Position numbers and translations under genes: made by a program. Below are positions 12,442 to 25,330 of a stretch of 64,000 bases of DNA, in pieces (the first letter of the stretch is position 1; each line of letters begins with the position of its first letter). The notes beneath the pieces were generated by a model. It ran no database searches and was not told the DNA's origin. It was given only the letters and a program-made list of their open reading frames with translations. The DNA is from Squalus acanthias (Eukaryota): contig CM059432.1 in the NCBI GenBank assembly GCA_030390025.1, positions 134,914,001 to 134,978,000 on the forward strand, read 5' to 3'.

Positions 12442-14999
12442 ACAGAGAGTTAGCATGCAGGTACAGCAAGCAATTAGGAAGGCAAATGGCATGTTGGCCT
12501 TTATTGCAAGGGGGTTAGAGTACAACTGTACAGGGCCTTGGTGAGACCACACCTTGAGTACTGTGCACAGTTTTAGAATCATAGAATCATAGAATGGTTA
12601 CAGCACAGAAGGAGGCCATTCGGCCCATCGAGCCCATGCCGGGCTCTCTGCAAGAGCACTTCAGCTAGTCCCACTCCCCCGCCCGTTCCCCGTAGCACTG
12701 CAAATTTTTTTCCTTCAGCTACTTATCTAATTCACTTTTGAAGCCATGATCGAATCTGCCTCCACCACCCTTTCAGGCAGGGCATTCCAGGTCCTAACCA
12801 CTCGCTGCGTAAAAATGTTTACCTCATGTCGCCTTTGGTTCTTCTGCCAATCACCTTAAATCTGTGTCCTCTGGTTCCCAACCCTTCCGCCAGTGGGAAC
12901 AGTTTCTCTCTATTTACTCTGTCTAGACCCCTCATGATTTTGAACACCTCTATCAAATTTCCTCTCAATCTTCTCTGTTCTAAGGCGAACAACCCCAGCT
13001 TCTCCAGTCTATCCACATAACTGAGGTCCCTGATCCCTGGAACCATTCTTATAAATCTTTTCTGCACCCTCTCTAAGGCCTTCACATACTTCCTAAAGTG
13101 CGGTGCCCAGAACTAGACACAATACTCCAGTTGGGGCCAAACCAATGTTTTATACAGATTAATCATAACTTCCTTGCTTTTGTACTCTATGCCTCTGTGA
13201 AGCCCAGGATCCCGTATGCTTTTTTAACCACTTTCTCAACTTGCCCTGCCACCTTCAACAATTTGTGCACATATAAGCCCAGGTCTCTCTGTTCATGCAC
13301 CCCCTTTAGAATAGTACCCTTTAGTTTATATTACCTCTCCTCGTTCTTCCTACCAAAATGTATCACTTCGCACTTTTCTGTGTTAAATCTCATCTGCCAC
13401 GTGTCCGCCCATTCCACCAGCCTGTCTATGTTCTCTTGAAGTCTATCACTATCCTCCTCACTGTTCACTATACTTCCAAGTTTTGTGTCATCTGCAGATT
13501 TTGAAATTGTGCCCTGTACACCCACATCCAAGTCATTAATATATATCAAGAAAAGCAGTGGTCCTAGTACCGACCCCTGGGGAACACCACTTTATACCTT
13601 CCTCCAGTCCGAAAAACAACCGTTCACCACTACTCTCTGTTTCCTGTCACTGAGCCAATTTTGTATCGATGCTGCCACTGTCCCTTTTATTCCATGGATT
13701 TCAACTTTTCTAGCAAGCCTATTATGTGGCACTTTATCAAACTCCTTTTGGAAATCCATGTACACCACATCAACCGCATTGCCCTCATCAACCCTCTCTG
13801 TTACCTCATCAAAAAACTCAATCAAGTTGGTTAAACACGATTTGCCTTTAACAAATCCATGCTGGCTTTCCTTAATTAATCCACACTTGTCCAAGTGACT
13901 GTTAATTTTGTCCCGGATTATTGTTTCTAAAAACTTCCCCACTATCCAGGTTAAACTGACTGGCCTGTAGTTGCTGGGTTTATCCTTACACCCTTTTTGA
14001 ACAAGGTTGTAACATATGCAATTCTCCAGTCCTCTGGCACCACACCCGTATCTAAGGAAGATTGGAAGTTATGGCCAGTACCAATTTTTATCCTATCCAG
14101 TATCTCAACTACCTCCTCTTTCACTATGACTTTGGCAACATCTTCTTCCTTGGTAAAAACAGATGCAAAGTATTCATTTAGTACCTCAGCCATACCCTCT
14201 GCCTCCATGCGTAGGTCTCCTTTTTGGTCCCTAATTGGCCCAACCCCTCCTCTTACTACCTGTTTATTATTTATATGCCTATAGAAGACTTTTGGATTCC
14301 CTTTTATGTTAGCTGACAATCTATTCTCATACTCTCTCTTTGCCCCTCTTATTTCCTTTTTCACTTCCCCTCGAAACTTTCTATATTCAGCTTGGTTCTC
14401 AGTTGTATTCTCAAACTGACATCTGTCAGTTGCCCCCTTTTTCTGCTTCATCTTACTCTCTATCTCTTTCGTCATCCAGGGAGCTCTGGCTTTAGTTGCA
14501 CTACCTTTCCCCCTTGTGGGAATCTACCTCCACTGTACCTGAACCATCTCCTCTTTAAAGGTAGCCCATTGTTCGATTACAGTTTTGCCTGCCAATCTTT
14601 GATTCCAATTTACCTCGGCCAGATCCATTCTCAACCCACTGAATTGGCCTTCCTCCAATTAATTATTTTTACTGTAGATTGTTCCCTGTCCTTTTCCATA
14701 GCTAATCTAAACCTTATGATACTATGATCACTGTTCCCTAAATGTTCCCCTACTGACACTTGCTCTACTTGACCCACCTCATTCCCCAGACCCAGATCCA
14801 GCAATGCCTCCTTCCTCATTGGGCCGGAAACATACTGATCAAGAAAGTTCTCCTGAACACACTTCAGAAATTCTTCCCCCTCTCTGCCTTTTACACTATT
14901 ACTATCCCAGTCTATATTAGGATAGTTGAAATCCCCCATTATCACTACTCTATAGTTCTTGCACCTCTCTGTAATTTCCATGCAGTCGTTTAATGGTAC

Positions 15000-15217
15000 T
15001 GACATGAATCTTGTCATTCATGTATGAAGTAAGACTGGGCGGCCTGCTGGTGGCGCTGTCCAGGGAGAGTATAAATACTCGGGCATGGGCCCAGCTTGCT
15101 TAGGACATTCCTCAACAGGAACTAGTGAAGGACACAACTAGACCTCCATGTTGAAAAACAGTTGATTAAAGCTTTGTTTAACGCTTAGACCAAGTGCCTA
15201 GTAGTTTTCTTACGTCA
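15000..15217 (+). mobile_element. Solo LTR (218 bp) inserted in the CR1 endonuclease
   Basis: TGAC...GTCA ends, GGTAC 5-bp TSD, TATAAATA and ATTAAA inside; second copy at 20503-20731. Confidence 0.85.
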
Positions 15218-15665
15218 GGTACCTCTATTGTTTCTGAAATCGAACCAAATCGATTCTGTCCTTGACCCCTCCAGGACATCATCTCTCTCCAGCACTGTAA
15301 TATTCTCCTTAATCAATACTGCCACCCCACCTCCTTTCTTTCCTTCCCTATCTTTCCTAAACACCTTATATCCAGGAATATTTAGTACCCAATCCTGCCC
15401 TTTTTTGAGCCAGGTCTCTGTTATCGCCACATCATACTCCCACATGGCTATTTGCACCTGCAGCTCACCAACCTTATTTACCACAGCTTCGTGCATTCAC
15501 ACACATGCACTGTAAACCTATCTTAGACCTTTGTATTCTCTCTTAGTCTGACCTCACCTAATACTGTACTATTTCTTACTCTAGTGCTATCTGTCTCTCC
15601 CAATCCTTTGTGCACATTGTTTCTCCTTTCTAATGCTACATCCTGGTGCCCGTCCCCCTGCCAAA

Positions 15666-16572
15666 TTAGTTTAAACCCTCCCCAACAGCACTAGTAAACC
15701 CCCACGCGAGGACATTGGTCCCGGCTCTGTTGAGGTGCAACCCATCCGGCCTGTACAGGTCCCACCTCCCCCAGGACCGGTCCCAATGTCCCAGGAATCT
15801 GAAGCCCTCCCTCCTGCACCATCTCTCTAGCCACACATTCATCTGCTCTATCCTCCTATTTCTATACTCACTAGCTCGTGGCATCGGGAGTAATCCGGAG
15901 ATTACTACCTTTGAGGTCGTGCTTTTTAATCTCTTTCCTAGCTCCCTAAAATCTGCTTGCAGGACCTCATCCCTCTTTCTACCTATGTCGCTGATACCAA
16001 TACACAACCTCTGGCTGCTCACCCTCCCCTTTCAGAATGTTCTGCAGCCGTTCAGTGACATCCTTGAACCTGGCACCAGGGAGGCAACATACCATCCTGG
16101 AAACACGTCTGCGGCTGCAGAAATGCATGTCTGTTCCCGTAATTATCGAATCTCCTATCAATATTACTTTCCCGATCTTCCTCCTCCCCCCCTGTATAGC
16201 TGAGGCACCCGTGGTGTCATGGACTTGGCTCTGGCTGTACGCCCCAGAGGAACCATCGCCCTCACCAGGAATGGTTAGAGAGTGAGATGCACTCAGGGGA
16301 CTCCTGCACTACCTGCCTGGTCCTCCTTGTCTGTCTGACGGTCACCCATTCCCCCTCTGCCTGCACACTGTTGCACTGCGGGGTGACCACCTCCTGAAAT
16401 GTGCTATCCACGAAGCTCTCAGCCTCGCGGATGCACCGCAGTGACGCCAGCTGCTGCTCAAGCTCTGAAACCTGGAGCTTGAGCTCCTCTCGCTGGCGAC
16501 ATTTCCTGCACATGTGGTTGTCCAGGACACGGGAATCATCCTGGAGTCATCCACATGGCATAAGATGTGCAT
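15666..16572 (-). pseudogene. CR1 ORF1: zinc-finger/coiled coil plus SGNH esterase
   Basis: CRKC...LQVSELEQQL, IGDSII, CLPGAR, VVISGLLP and DGLHLN motifs; frameshifted. Confidence 0.85.
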
Positions 16573-16669
16573 TCCACGTGACTGAGGTGCCCTGCCATGC
16601 CTCTACTTAATAGACTATTAAGTAACTTAACAGAAATAAACTCAAGACTTAAAATAAAATCACCAGCTA

Positions 16670-17013
16670 CAGGAAACTCTTTATTAACCGGCACCCAAAT
16701 ATCCGGAAATCTCTCTTAACCGGCAAAATTCTTGAGTAGGTAACCGGGGTTTTCCTTCATCTCTCGTTTAAAATTAACTTTAAAAAAAACCCCGAGGCGT
16801 GTAGATTGGGAGGGGAATGTGCAGCCCGGGTAGGCAGCGGACACGACAGATGGTCAGCTGGCGGTCCCCGGGGAGACGGAGCTCCGAATGCAGGCGCATG
16901 TCAATGTGTACGGGGATCTCGTACGTTGGGAGATATAACTCTCCATTATCCGGATTTTTGATTAACCGGCACCATGCCGGTCCCGTCGGTGCCGGTTAAT
17001 AAAGAGTTTCCTG
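16670..17013. mobile_element. Tc1/mariner (Tigger/pogo-like) MITE
   Basis: Perfect 26-bp TIR CAGGAAACTCTTTATTAACCGGCACC, TA TSD. Confidence 0.9.
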
Positions 17014-18183
17014 TACTCACCAATCCGCTCCTTCCCTTGTGCTAATGTCACTTTAGGTTTTTACCTTGCTCCCTGAAGCTTGCGTTCCCTCCGGGCTGTG
17101 GGCTTTTGGGCCTACCTTTATCTGCGGCCACTCCTCTCGCTCTCCCGCAGGTTCGCTCTCGTGCCTATTAACTTAGAGACCTTGGGGTTCTGTGGTTCCA
17201 CTCTTCCTTTTCAGTTAGACATCTCAACCACCTTCCTCCTCTCCACTGATTCCTGCTCTCACCAAATTCTTTTACTCTGCTTGCAATCCACTCCGATTGC
17301 ATTCTCCCAGCTCTGTGCTCAAGCTCCTTTTGGTCTCCTTATCTGAGGAAAGATATACTTGCCTTAGAGGCGGAGCAACGAAGGTTCACTAGATTGATTC
17401 CTGGGATGAGTGGGTTGTCCTATGAGGAGAGATTGTGTCGAATGGGCCTATACTCTCTGGAGTTTAAAAGAATGAGAGGTGATCGCATTGAAACATATAA
17501 GATTCTGAGGGCGATTGACAGGGTAGATGCTGAGAGGTTGTTTCCCCTGGCTGGAGAGTCTAGAACTAGGAGGCATAGACTCTGAATAAGGGGCCGGCCA
17601 TTTAATACTGAGATGAGGAGGATTTTTTTCACTCAGAGGGTTGTGAATCTTTGGAATTCTCTACCACAAAGGGCTGTGGATGCTGAATCGTTGAGTATAT
17701 TCAAGGCTGCAATAGATAGATTTTTTGGACTCTAGGGGAATCAAGTGATATGGAGATGGGGCGGGAAAGTGGAGTTGAGGTCGAAGATCAGCCATGATCT
17801 TATTGAATGGCAGAGCAGGCTCGAGGGGCCTTATGGCCTACTCCTGCTCCTAATTCTTATGTTCTTATGAAAAAGTTTAACTAACGATGCATGCCATTAT
17901 GTTACACAGGCATAGTTTCCTGTACTCTAGTAGGCTAATGCAATTTAAACACAAAGACCGCTTGACTGATAGAGCTTCACTGAACAGTACAAGTCTTTCT
18001 CCCTGCTCTTCAGGGTATCTCGAAGCTGTGATAACTCTTGTTTTTATCAGGATGGGATAGCTTCCTCAGTTCAACCACCCCTTCTCCTGCTTAGAATTTG
18101 AATGGTAATTCACTGAACACAAACACTTTGTTGAGATACAGTATTTCCGCAAAACAAGGAAGTGATTACGGAGAAATACTTAT

Positions 18184-18930
18184 GGCCCGTATTTTCCGAT
18201 CGGAGGCTTCCTGCGTGCGGAGGCCTCCGATCCGGAAAAAATCTACGCCCTTACCATGAGGGCTCCCGAGGTCCAGGCCATTTCTGCTCCTGGGCCTCTG
18301 CTCTACGAAATGCGCAGACCCCAGGTATCCCAGGGGCACAGGCGGTTCACAAGCGTCCCTGGGATCACATGGGCCATGGGGAACCAATGGGAGAAGGGAA
18401 TCCCCCTTCATACTTTGACAGCTTAGACCTGTCAAAAGTATGAATGGGGAACACTGAAAAAACACATCAAAACATTCAATATATATTTTTTTAAATCACG
18501 TTTTTAAAATTAGTTAAAATTACATTAAATTAAATATTTTAAACAAAAATGTAATTTTTGGAAAAAAAAATTAAAGTTTTTTACGGGGCTAAAAATAAAC
18601 TTACCTTTTTTAAAAGTATTTTTAAATTAAAAATGAGTGAAATAAAAATATTTTTTTACTTTTTTAAACTTTTATGCTGGTACTCCTGCTTTTACCAGGC
18701 GTAAGAGTTTTAAAGGATTTCAGCGGGCGGAGGTCCTGCAGAAAGCGGACCTCTCCCCCCACAGAGGCCCTTCTCCAGGGCAGGCAGAGGATCAGTCGAG
18801 AGGATTCTTGACAGATCGGAAGTGCCGGTTTTCAGCGCATGCGCTTCGCATGCCTGAAACCGGAACTTGCGAGGTCCTTATGGGTGTGTACACAGCTCGT
18901 ACACACACGTAGGCATCGGAAATACGGGCC
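18184..18930. mobile_element. Harbinger-like MITE (family B-related)
   Basis: TIR GGCCCGTATTTTCCGAT...ATCGGAAATACGGGCC, AT-rich core. Confidence 0.75.
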
Positions 18931-19029
18931 ATTATTTCTGGTAACTTGAAACTAAGAATTTGAAAAGTATTGTAGTCTACCAAGCTAGCCACTGGGTGGC
19001 AGTATGCCTCTCTTTCTCTCTCATTCAAT

Positions 19030-19795
19030 GGCCCAGAATTTGCTGGAGTGGGGCATCTCGTGGCATTTCCCATTAGTTTGACTTATTCCCTCATCCTTTC
19101 GCTTGAAAGCTTTTTACCCTGTAAGTTGCTGGAAGTGCGAGTTGATAACTGCGCGGAGAGGGCAACAGGGCATCTGGGACCTTGGTGAACGACGGGGCCA
19201 ACAGTCTATCTCCTTAACCAATGAGATTCAAGGATAGAGAAAGAAACAGAGGAACAACTGAGAAGGAAATGGGGTGAATTAGAGTCAAATCATGTACAGA
19301 AAGAGAAATAAAGAGAGGGAGAGAAAGATTGGATTAAGAGAGAGAAAAAAGAGACAGAAAGTAAAAGTAAGAAAAAAAATTAAAAATTTAAAATTTGATA
19401 TTTTTCAAATCTCTAACAACAATTTACCACCTGAAAGGATGAGATTGAACACTTTAAATTGTTCCCATTCTGGGCCAGAGAGTTTGATTGGCATTGCATT
19501 AACAATTATCACATTGTTAAAAGGGAACTTACGCTCACCAACCCTAACATTCTGCAGTGAGGTTAACGGGCAATTAATGTGCAAATCCAGCAAGTTCTTA
19601 AAAATAACGAGGAGGCTAAAGGCGAGACGTTGTTTGTGCGAAGCAAACGGTGGAGTGGCGTAAATCGACCAGCAAGTTCTGGAGAATCGCAACTCACGGC
19701 GTATCCCTTAATCTCCTGAACTTGCTGGCCCACTTGCACATTAATAACGGTGGGCGTCGTTAACACACTGTTATTTTTGCAGCAAGATTCGGCCC
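19030..19795 (+). mobile_element. Harbinger-like MITE, family C, intact copy
   Basis: TIR GGCCCAGAATTTGCTG...CAGCAAGATTCGGCCC, AAT TSD. Confidence 0.8.
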
Positions 19796-20075
19796 AATGT
19801 ATTGGTCTTGGGTGACGATTATACTAGGATCCTGCCCGATGGTGCCCTCCAGCTCTGACCTCACTGGAGTTTGTGGGGTCTGAGGGACGGCACCTGATTA
19901 GGATGGGACAAGCAGGCCCAGGAACCACTGCAGCACATCTCTGGCTCTTGCCTGCCCCATACCCATGGAATCTTGCTTATTCTTCGGGAAGGGTGAAGTT
20001 TCCCACGGCCCCACCCCCAGCCAATGGTCACATGGCCCCTCCGAGCAAGGGGGTTTCTCTGTATTATCTTTTTTA

Positions 20076-21260
20076 AACAACAACAACTTGCATTTACACA
20101 GCAGTAAAACGTCCCAAGGCACTTCACAGGAGCGATATCAAACGAAATTCGACACCGAGCCCCATGAGGAGATATTAGGACAGGTGACAAGAGATAGTTT
20201 GTAAGGAGTGACTTAAGAAAACTACTAGGCAATTGGTCTAAGTGTTAAACAAAGCTTTAATCATCCGCACGCAGGAAGCCTCCTATCGGAAATTACGGGC
20301 CAATATCGCAAACGGAAATATCTAGGCTACAAAGCTTTCCTTCACAACGTGATACCAGCAATGCTCTGAATACTCAGAAATCCAGACTATACAAGTCACA
20401 CCTACGAACAAGTCACTCGCCAATGATATAGTCGCCATTACGTACACGTAAGAAGTACATCGTCATTCTCTGTACGCACGTGGCATAAAGCCTGAAGAAC
20501 GGTGACGTAAGAAAACTACTAGGCGCTTGGTCTAAGCGTTAAACAACGCTTTAATCAACTGTTTTTCAACATGGAGGTCTAGTTGTGTCCTTCACTAGTT
20601 CCTGTTAAAGAATGTCCTGAGCAAGCTGGGCCCATGTCCGAGTATTTATACTCTCCCTGGACAGCGCCACCAGCAGGCCGCCCAGTATTATTTCATAAGT
20701 CATTTCCACATGAATGACAAGATTCATGTCAAGGAGCGTCTTAAAGGAGGAGAGAGAGGTAGAGAGGCGAAGAAGTTTAGGCAGGGAATTCCAGAGCTTA
20801 GAACCTAGGCAGCTGAAGGCACGGTCGCCAATGGGGGAGCGATTAAAATCGGGGCTGCGCAAGAGGCCAGAATTAGAGGAGCACAGAGATCTTGGGGGGT
20901 TGTGGGGTTGAAGGAGATTACAGAGATAGGAAGGGGCAAGGCCATGGAGGGATTTGAAAACAAGGATGAGAATTTTAAAATCGAGGCGCTGCTTAACGGG
21001 AGCCAATGCAGGTCAGCGAGCACAGGGGAGATGGGTGAACGGGACTTGGTGCGAGTTAGGACACGGGCAGCAGAGTTTTGGATGAAGTTAAGTTTACGGA
21101 GGGTGGAAGTTGGGAGGCCGGCCAGGAGAGTGCTGGAATAGTCAATTCTAGAGGTAACAAACGCATGGATGAGGGTTCCAGCAGCGGGTGAGCTGAGGCG
21201 GGGCGGAGTCGGGTGACAATACGGAAGTGGAAGTAGGCGGCCTTAGTGATGGTGTGGTTT
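20076..21260 (-). mobile_element. L2 LINE 3' fragment interrupted by an LTR element
   Basis: LHWLP/QRLDFKILILVFKSLHGLAP...KLWNSLP; tail at 20076. Confidence 0.85.
20209..20731 (-). mobile_element. Miniature/deleted LTR element: full LTR (20503-20731), short internal segment, truncated second LTR (20209-20263)
   Basis: TG...CA ends, AGGAG 5-bp TSD, direct repeat tgac(g/t)taagaaaactactaggc...ctttaatca. Confidence 0.8.
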
Positions 21261-21606
21261 GGGCCACTTGCCTGGCCTGGACCCCACTGGTGGGGCCTCC
21301 TTAGGCCTTTGTGGAGGCAGGTAGGCCTCCTCCTACTCACCATGACGCTGGATTCCCTTCCAGCCTGAGGAACAGCATTCCCCACTTAGAGATTCCCCTC
21401 CCTGGCCATCACTTGCCTTCTACGGGACAGACGAAGTTCCGCCCCTGCAAGGCAGCCAGGAAACTCCTGCATTTTAAAACCTAATAGGGATCATTAAAAT
21501 TATGAAGGGGGTTTGATAGGGTAGGCGAAGAGAAGATGTTTCCACTTGTGGGAGGAGTCCAAAAGTAGGTGCCATAAATATAAGGTAGTCACTAATAAAT
21601 CCAATA

Positions 21607-21714
21607 AGTTCAAGAAGGCAGCTCACCGCCACCTTCTCAAGGGCAATTCGGGATGGGCAATAAATGCTGGCCTTGCCAGCGACACCCACATCCCGTGAAT
21701 GAATTAAAAAAAAG
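21607..21714 (+). mobile_element. 3' tail of the 6391-9682 LINE family
   Basis: ttcaagaaggcagctcac...gggatgggcaataaatgctggcc...gaattaaaaa matches 9579-9682. Confidence 0.85.
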
Positions 21715-22054
21715 ACTTGATGTAATTCTATGTAAATCAGCGGCGTCCCAAAACAACTCGTTTCCAGGTGGTTCCACATGTCTCGTGCTGGAGCTACGCC
21801 AGAAGACCAGCAGACTCCCGGAGGAAATATGCAGCCAAGGTCATTTTGTAATCTGTCCTGTTACTAACTTTCTACAAAGGTAATGGGTTTTGGTGAGCCA
21901 CCTCAGTGAGATCAGAGGGTGCCGCACAAAATAGCAACTTTGAGAATGTTGCTGTGTTAAAAGTCACAGAAGAAATCTAAACCAGAGAAATGGGCAATGT
22001 GATTAAACGTATCATGTGACATTGCTACCTTCCACCCTGCTGAACTACATATTA

Positions 22055-22455
22055 CATAATATTTACAGCACAGAAACAGGCCATTCGGCCCAATAGGTCC
22101 ATGCCGGTGTTTCTGCTCCACACGAGCCTCCTCCCACCCCTCTTTGTCTAACCCCATCAGCATATCCTTCTATTCCTTTCTCCCTCATGTGTTTATCTAG
22201 CTTCCCCTTAAATGCACCTATGCCATTCACCTCAACTACTCCTTGTTGTAGCGAGTTCCACATTCTAACCACTCTCCAGGTAAAGAGGTTCTCCTGAATT
22301 CCCTATTGGATTTATTGGTGATTGTCTTATATTTATGGCCCTGAGTTGTGGTCTCGCCTGCAAGTGGAAACATCTTCTCTACACCTACCCTATCAAACCC
22401 TTTCATAATCATAAAGACTGCTATCAGGTCACCCCTCAGTCTTCTCTTTTCTTGT
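22055..22455 (-). mobile_element. CR1 3' end
   Basis: VRMWNSL...FKGKLDKHM and CR1 3' hairpin motif. Confidence 0.8.
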
Positions 22456-22501
22456 GAAAAAAACTACCTTAAACATTGTGCTGTGAGGCATGGTACACAA
22501 T

Positions 22502-23264
22502 GGCCCAGAAATTTGACTCGGAGGCTTGCCGCGGGGGTAAGGATCTTGCGCGATATCACACTCCGCGCCGGCCATTCTGTTTCGGGCCCACACGAACTTC
22601 AGTTCCTGGGCCTCTCCCTGGTGCCGGCGCGCAGTGTGTGCGTGTCCCAGGGGCGTAGTTAGTTCGATGCGACCTCTGGGATCACGTGGGACATGGAGAG
22701 CCAATGGCAGCACACCATCTTTCATTCATAGATTTGACATGAGACCTGTCAAAACTATGAATACAAATTGCCCCCAAAAGAACAGCTAAACCTCAAATAA
22801 ATTTTAAAAAAACCATCACATTAATAAAATAACTATAGTTAAATAAATTTACCACTTTAAACAAAAATTTTAATTTTTGAAAAAATTTAAATTCTTTTTA
22901 AAAGTTATAAAAATAAACTTACCTTTCTTTAAAGTCTCTAAAAAAGATAAACCTGTTGAAAAAAATTTAAAATAATACTTAATTAACTACTTACCTTGTT
23001 AAAAGGGGGTCTTACGCCTCCTTTTTTCATGTGTAAAATCTTCCATACTTACCTTCGCGTTGAAACCTGAAAAAAAACCTAAGTGTGCTGCGTGCGCACA
23101 GCCTCTAGCGCGCACGCGGTTCACTTAGGAACCGCCCCCTTCGCCATACCGGAAGTGCCGGTTTCCCGCGCATGCGCAGTGCATGCAGGAAACCGGTACT
23201 TCGGGACTGAATACGCGAGAGTACACAGTTCGTACTCTCCCGTATTCAGCCGAATTTTTGGGCC
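22502..23264 (-). mobile_element. Harbinger-like MITE, family B copy 2
   Basis: TIR GGCCCAGAAATT...AATTTTTGGGCC; inverted homologue of 3768-4512. Confidence 0.75.
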
Positions 23265-23309
23265 ACTGTGTTGTCAGCTTCCCTCAGTGAAAGATTAGTA
23301 GACGCACAT

Positions 23310-23768
23310 GTCAGCTGTGGCTCAGTGGGTAGCACACTCGCCTCTGTAGTCCGAAGGTTGTGAGTTCAAGTCCCACTCCAGGGTCTTCAGCACATAAAAC
23401 TAGGCTGACACTCCAGTGCAGTGCTGAGGGAGTGCTGCACTGTCGGAGGTGCTGTCTTTTGGATGCGATGTTAAATTGAGGCCCCGTCTGCCCTCTCAGG
23501 TGGATGTAAAAGATCCCACAGCACTATTTCAAAGGGGAGTTATCCCTGGTGTCCTGGCCAATATTTATCCCTCAACCAACATAACAAAAAAAACAGATTA
23601 TTTGGTTTCATCACATTGCTGTTTGTGGGAGCTTGCTGTGTGCAAATTGGCTGCTGCGTTTCCCACATTACAACAGTGACTCCACTTCAAAGTACTTCAT
23701 TGGCTGTAAAAGTGCTTTGAGACATCCGGTGGTTGTGAAAGGTGCTATAGAAATGCAAGTCTTTTTTT
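23310..23768 (+). mobile_element. tRNA-derived Deu-domain SINE (SacSINE1-like) with L2-type tail
   Basis: A box TGGCTCAGTGG, B box GTTCAAGTCC, central aaagatccc..gcact...gtgtcctggccaa domain, tail resembling local L2 ends. Confidence 0.8.
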
Positions 23769-24844
23769 AAACCATATCAAAATCAGGGAAGCTTTATAAA
23801 TTTCAATGAAGCCACCAGGTGGCGATGTACACCTGTGTGTGAGTGCATGGACTGCTTGAGTTAAATAAAGTCGCTGTATAAAGAAATACTTGAGGAAAAT
23901 GCCGTAACCCTCCAGGACTGATTGGAAAAATACCCCCCCTACCTAATTAAACAAATAATGGAAGTTCACACTCCTGACCAGGGTTGCCATCTTGCCCTGT
24001 GGAAACATAATGTAACATAGCTCATCAGTTCCCCCCGACCCCCACCGTATCCCCCCAGCTCCCCTGCTGGCCCACTGAAATCAATGGCCAGGGGAGGGGG
24101 CAGAGGGCGACATGAGTTCAGAGTGACTGCTGAATGATCAAGTTTCTGTGCCTAGCCTCGAAAGCACTGCCAAGATGATAACCCCACTGAGGAACCCAGC
24201 TGCTCCATTGTGACTTTAAAAAAATAAATGATCGACAATAATTACGAAGAAAAAAGCAATTAGATATGAAGGAGAGGGATTTTTTTCCAACGAATACTCA
24301 AGGCTGAGGCCATTGTAGGGCTTTATCCTGGATCCTTGCTTCATGAGGGAAAAAAATGTTTAGAAGTCGAACTTTATAAGGCAGTGGACTGGCGCAGACT
24401 TACTTTGAAAATGACTTTTATTGGCTCCATGTAGGAGGCAGTGAAGAGATTACAATATCAAAATTTAGATAGTTAGCTCCAAACTGTGTATACAATGATT
24501 TTGTATGGAGAAAGGGCAACTTTTCAAGAGCCAACAGGTTGAAGTTTGTGAAAAGACTGATTCTGTTTTCTGGCTTTCCCCTAGTGTGAATTTTTCTGGC
24601 AGCCAGTATTGGGGAATAAATTTCACCAGCAGTCACACAACACCATCATCAATCACCACCCTTAAGAACCACAATGTATACTCTTGGTGCCTATAAAGAC
24701 ACATGAAGAAATCCTAATTGGAAAATTGGGTGGACAATGTCTAAACCAGTACAGAAACAGGAGTTTATAATGAGAGAACTAGGTGTGTTGGTAGAACAGT
24801 GGATAGCCAGAAGCTTTTGGGACTGTAGAACAACCCCAAATACC

Positions 24845-25330
24845 TTCTTCTTCTTAGGCAGTCCCTCGGAACCGAGGATGACTTGCTTCCACACTAAAAA
24901 TGAGTTCTCAGGTGACTGATGAGTCCAATGCGGGACCTACAGTCTCTGTCACAGGTGGGGCAGACAGTGGTTGAAGGGGCGGGTGGGTGGGGTGCTTGGG
25001 TTGACGTGCGCTCCTTCCGCTGTTTGCGCTTGGCTTCCGCTTGCTCCCGGCGAAGAGACTCGAGGTGTTCGGCTCCTTCCCGGATGCCTCTCCTCCACTT
25101 TGTGCGGTCTTGGGCCAGGGGTTCCCAGGTGTCGGTGGGGATGTTGCACTTTTTCAAGGAGGCTTTGAGGGTGTCCTTGAAGCGTTTCCTCTGCCCACCT
25201 GGGGCTCTCTTGCCGGAGCTCCGAGTAGAGCGCTTGTTTTGGGAGTCTCGTATCGGGCATGCGGACTCATCGGAGCTGATCGAGCGTGGTCAAAGCTTCG
25301 ATGCTGGGGATGTTGGCCTGAGCGAGAAGG
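24845..25330 (-). mobile_element. RTE-clade LINE 3' end
   Basis: MPDTRLPKQALYSEL; LAQDRTKWR; CPTC...GLISHLRTH zinc finger; (GAA)n tail. Confidence 0.85.

Larger units (their letters stand above)
12576..17170 (-). mobile_element. Near full-length degenerate CR1 LINE (5'UTR, ORF1, ORF2, ATTCTATG tail)
   Basis: ORF2 pieces 15496-12819 (ITETW, GDFN, SDH, YMDFQKEFDKVPH, SADD); ORF1 at ~16570-15666; microsatellite tail at 12576; 5' boundary approximate. Confidence 0.9.
10320..17868 (+). mobile_element. 5'-truncated CR1 LINE in three pieces (10320-11174, 12442-12575, 17329-17868)
   Basis: RT motifs NYRPVSLTS and YLDFQKAFDKVPH; sequence resumes across both insertions (gaaacaca|gagagttagc; cacagttt|tggtctcctt); (TTCTTATG)n tail. 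Confidence 0.85.
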
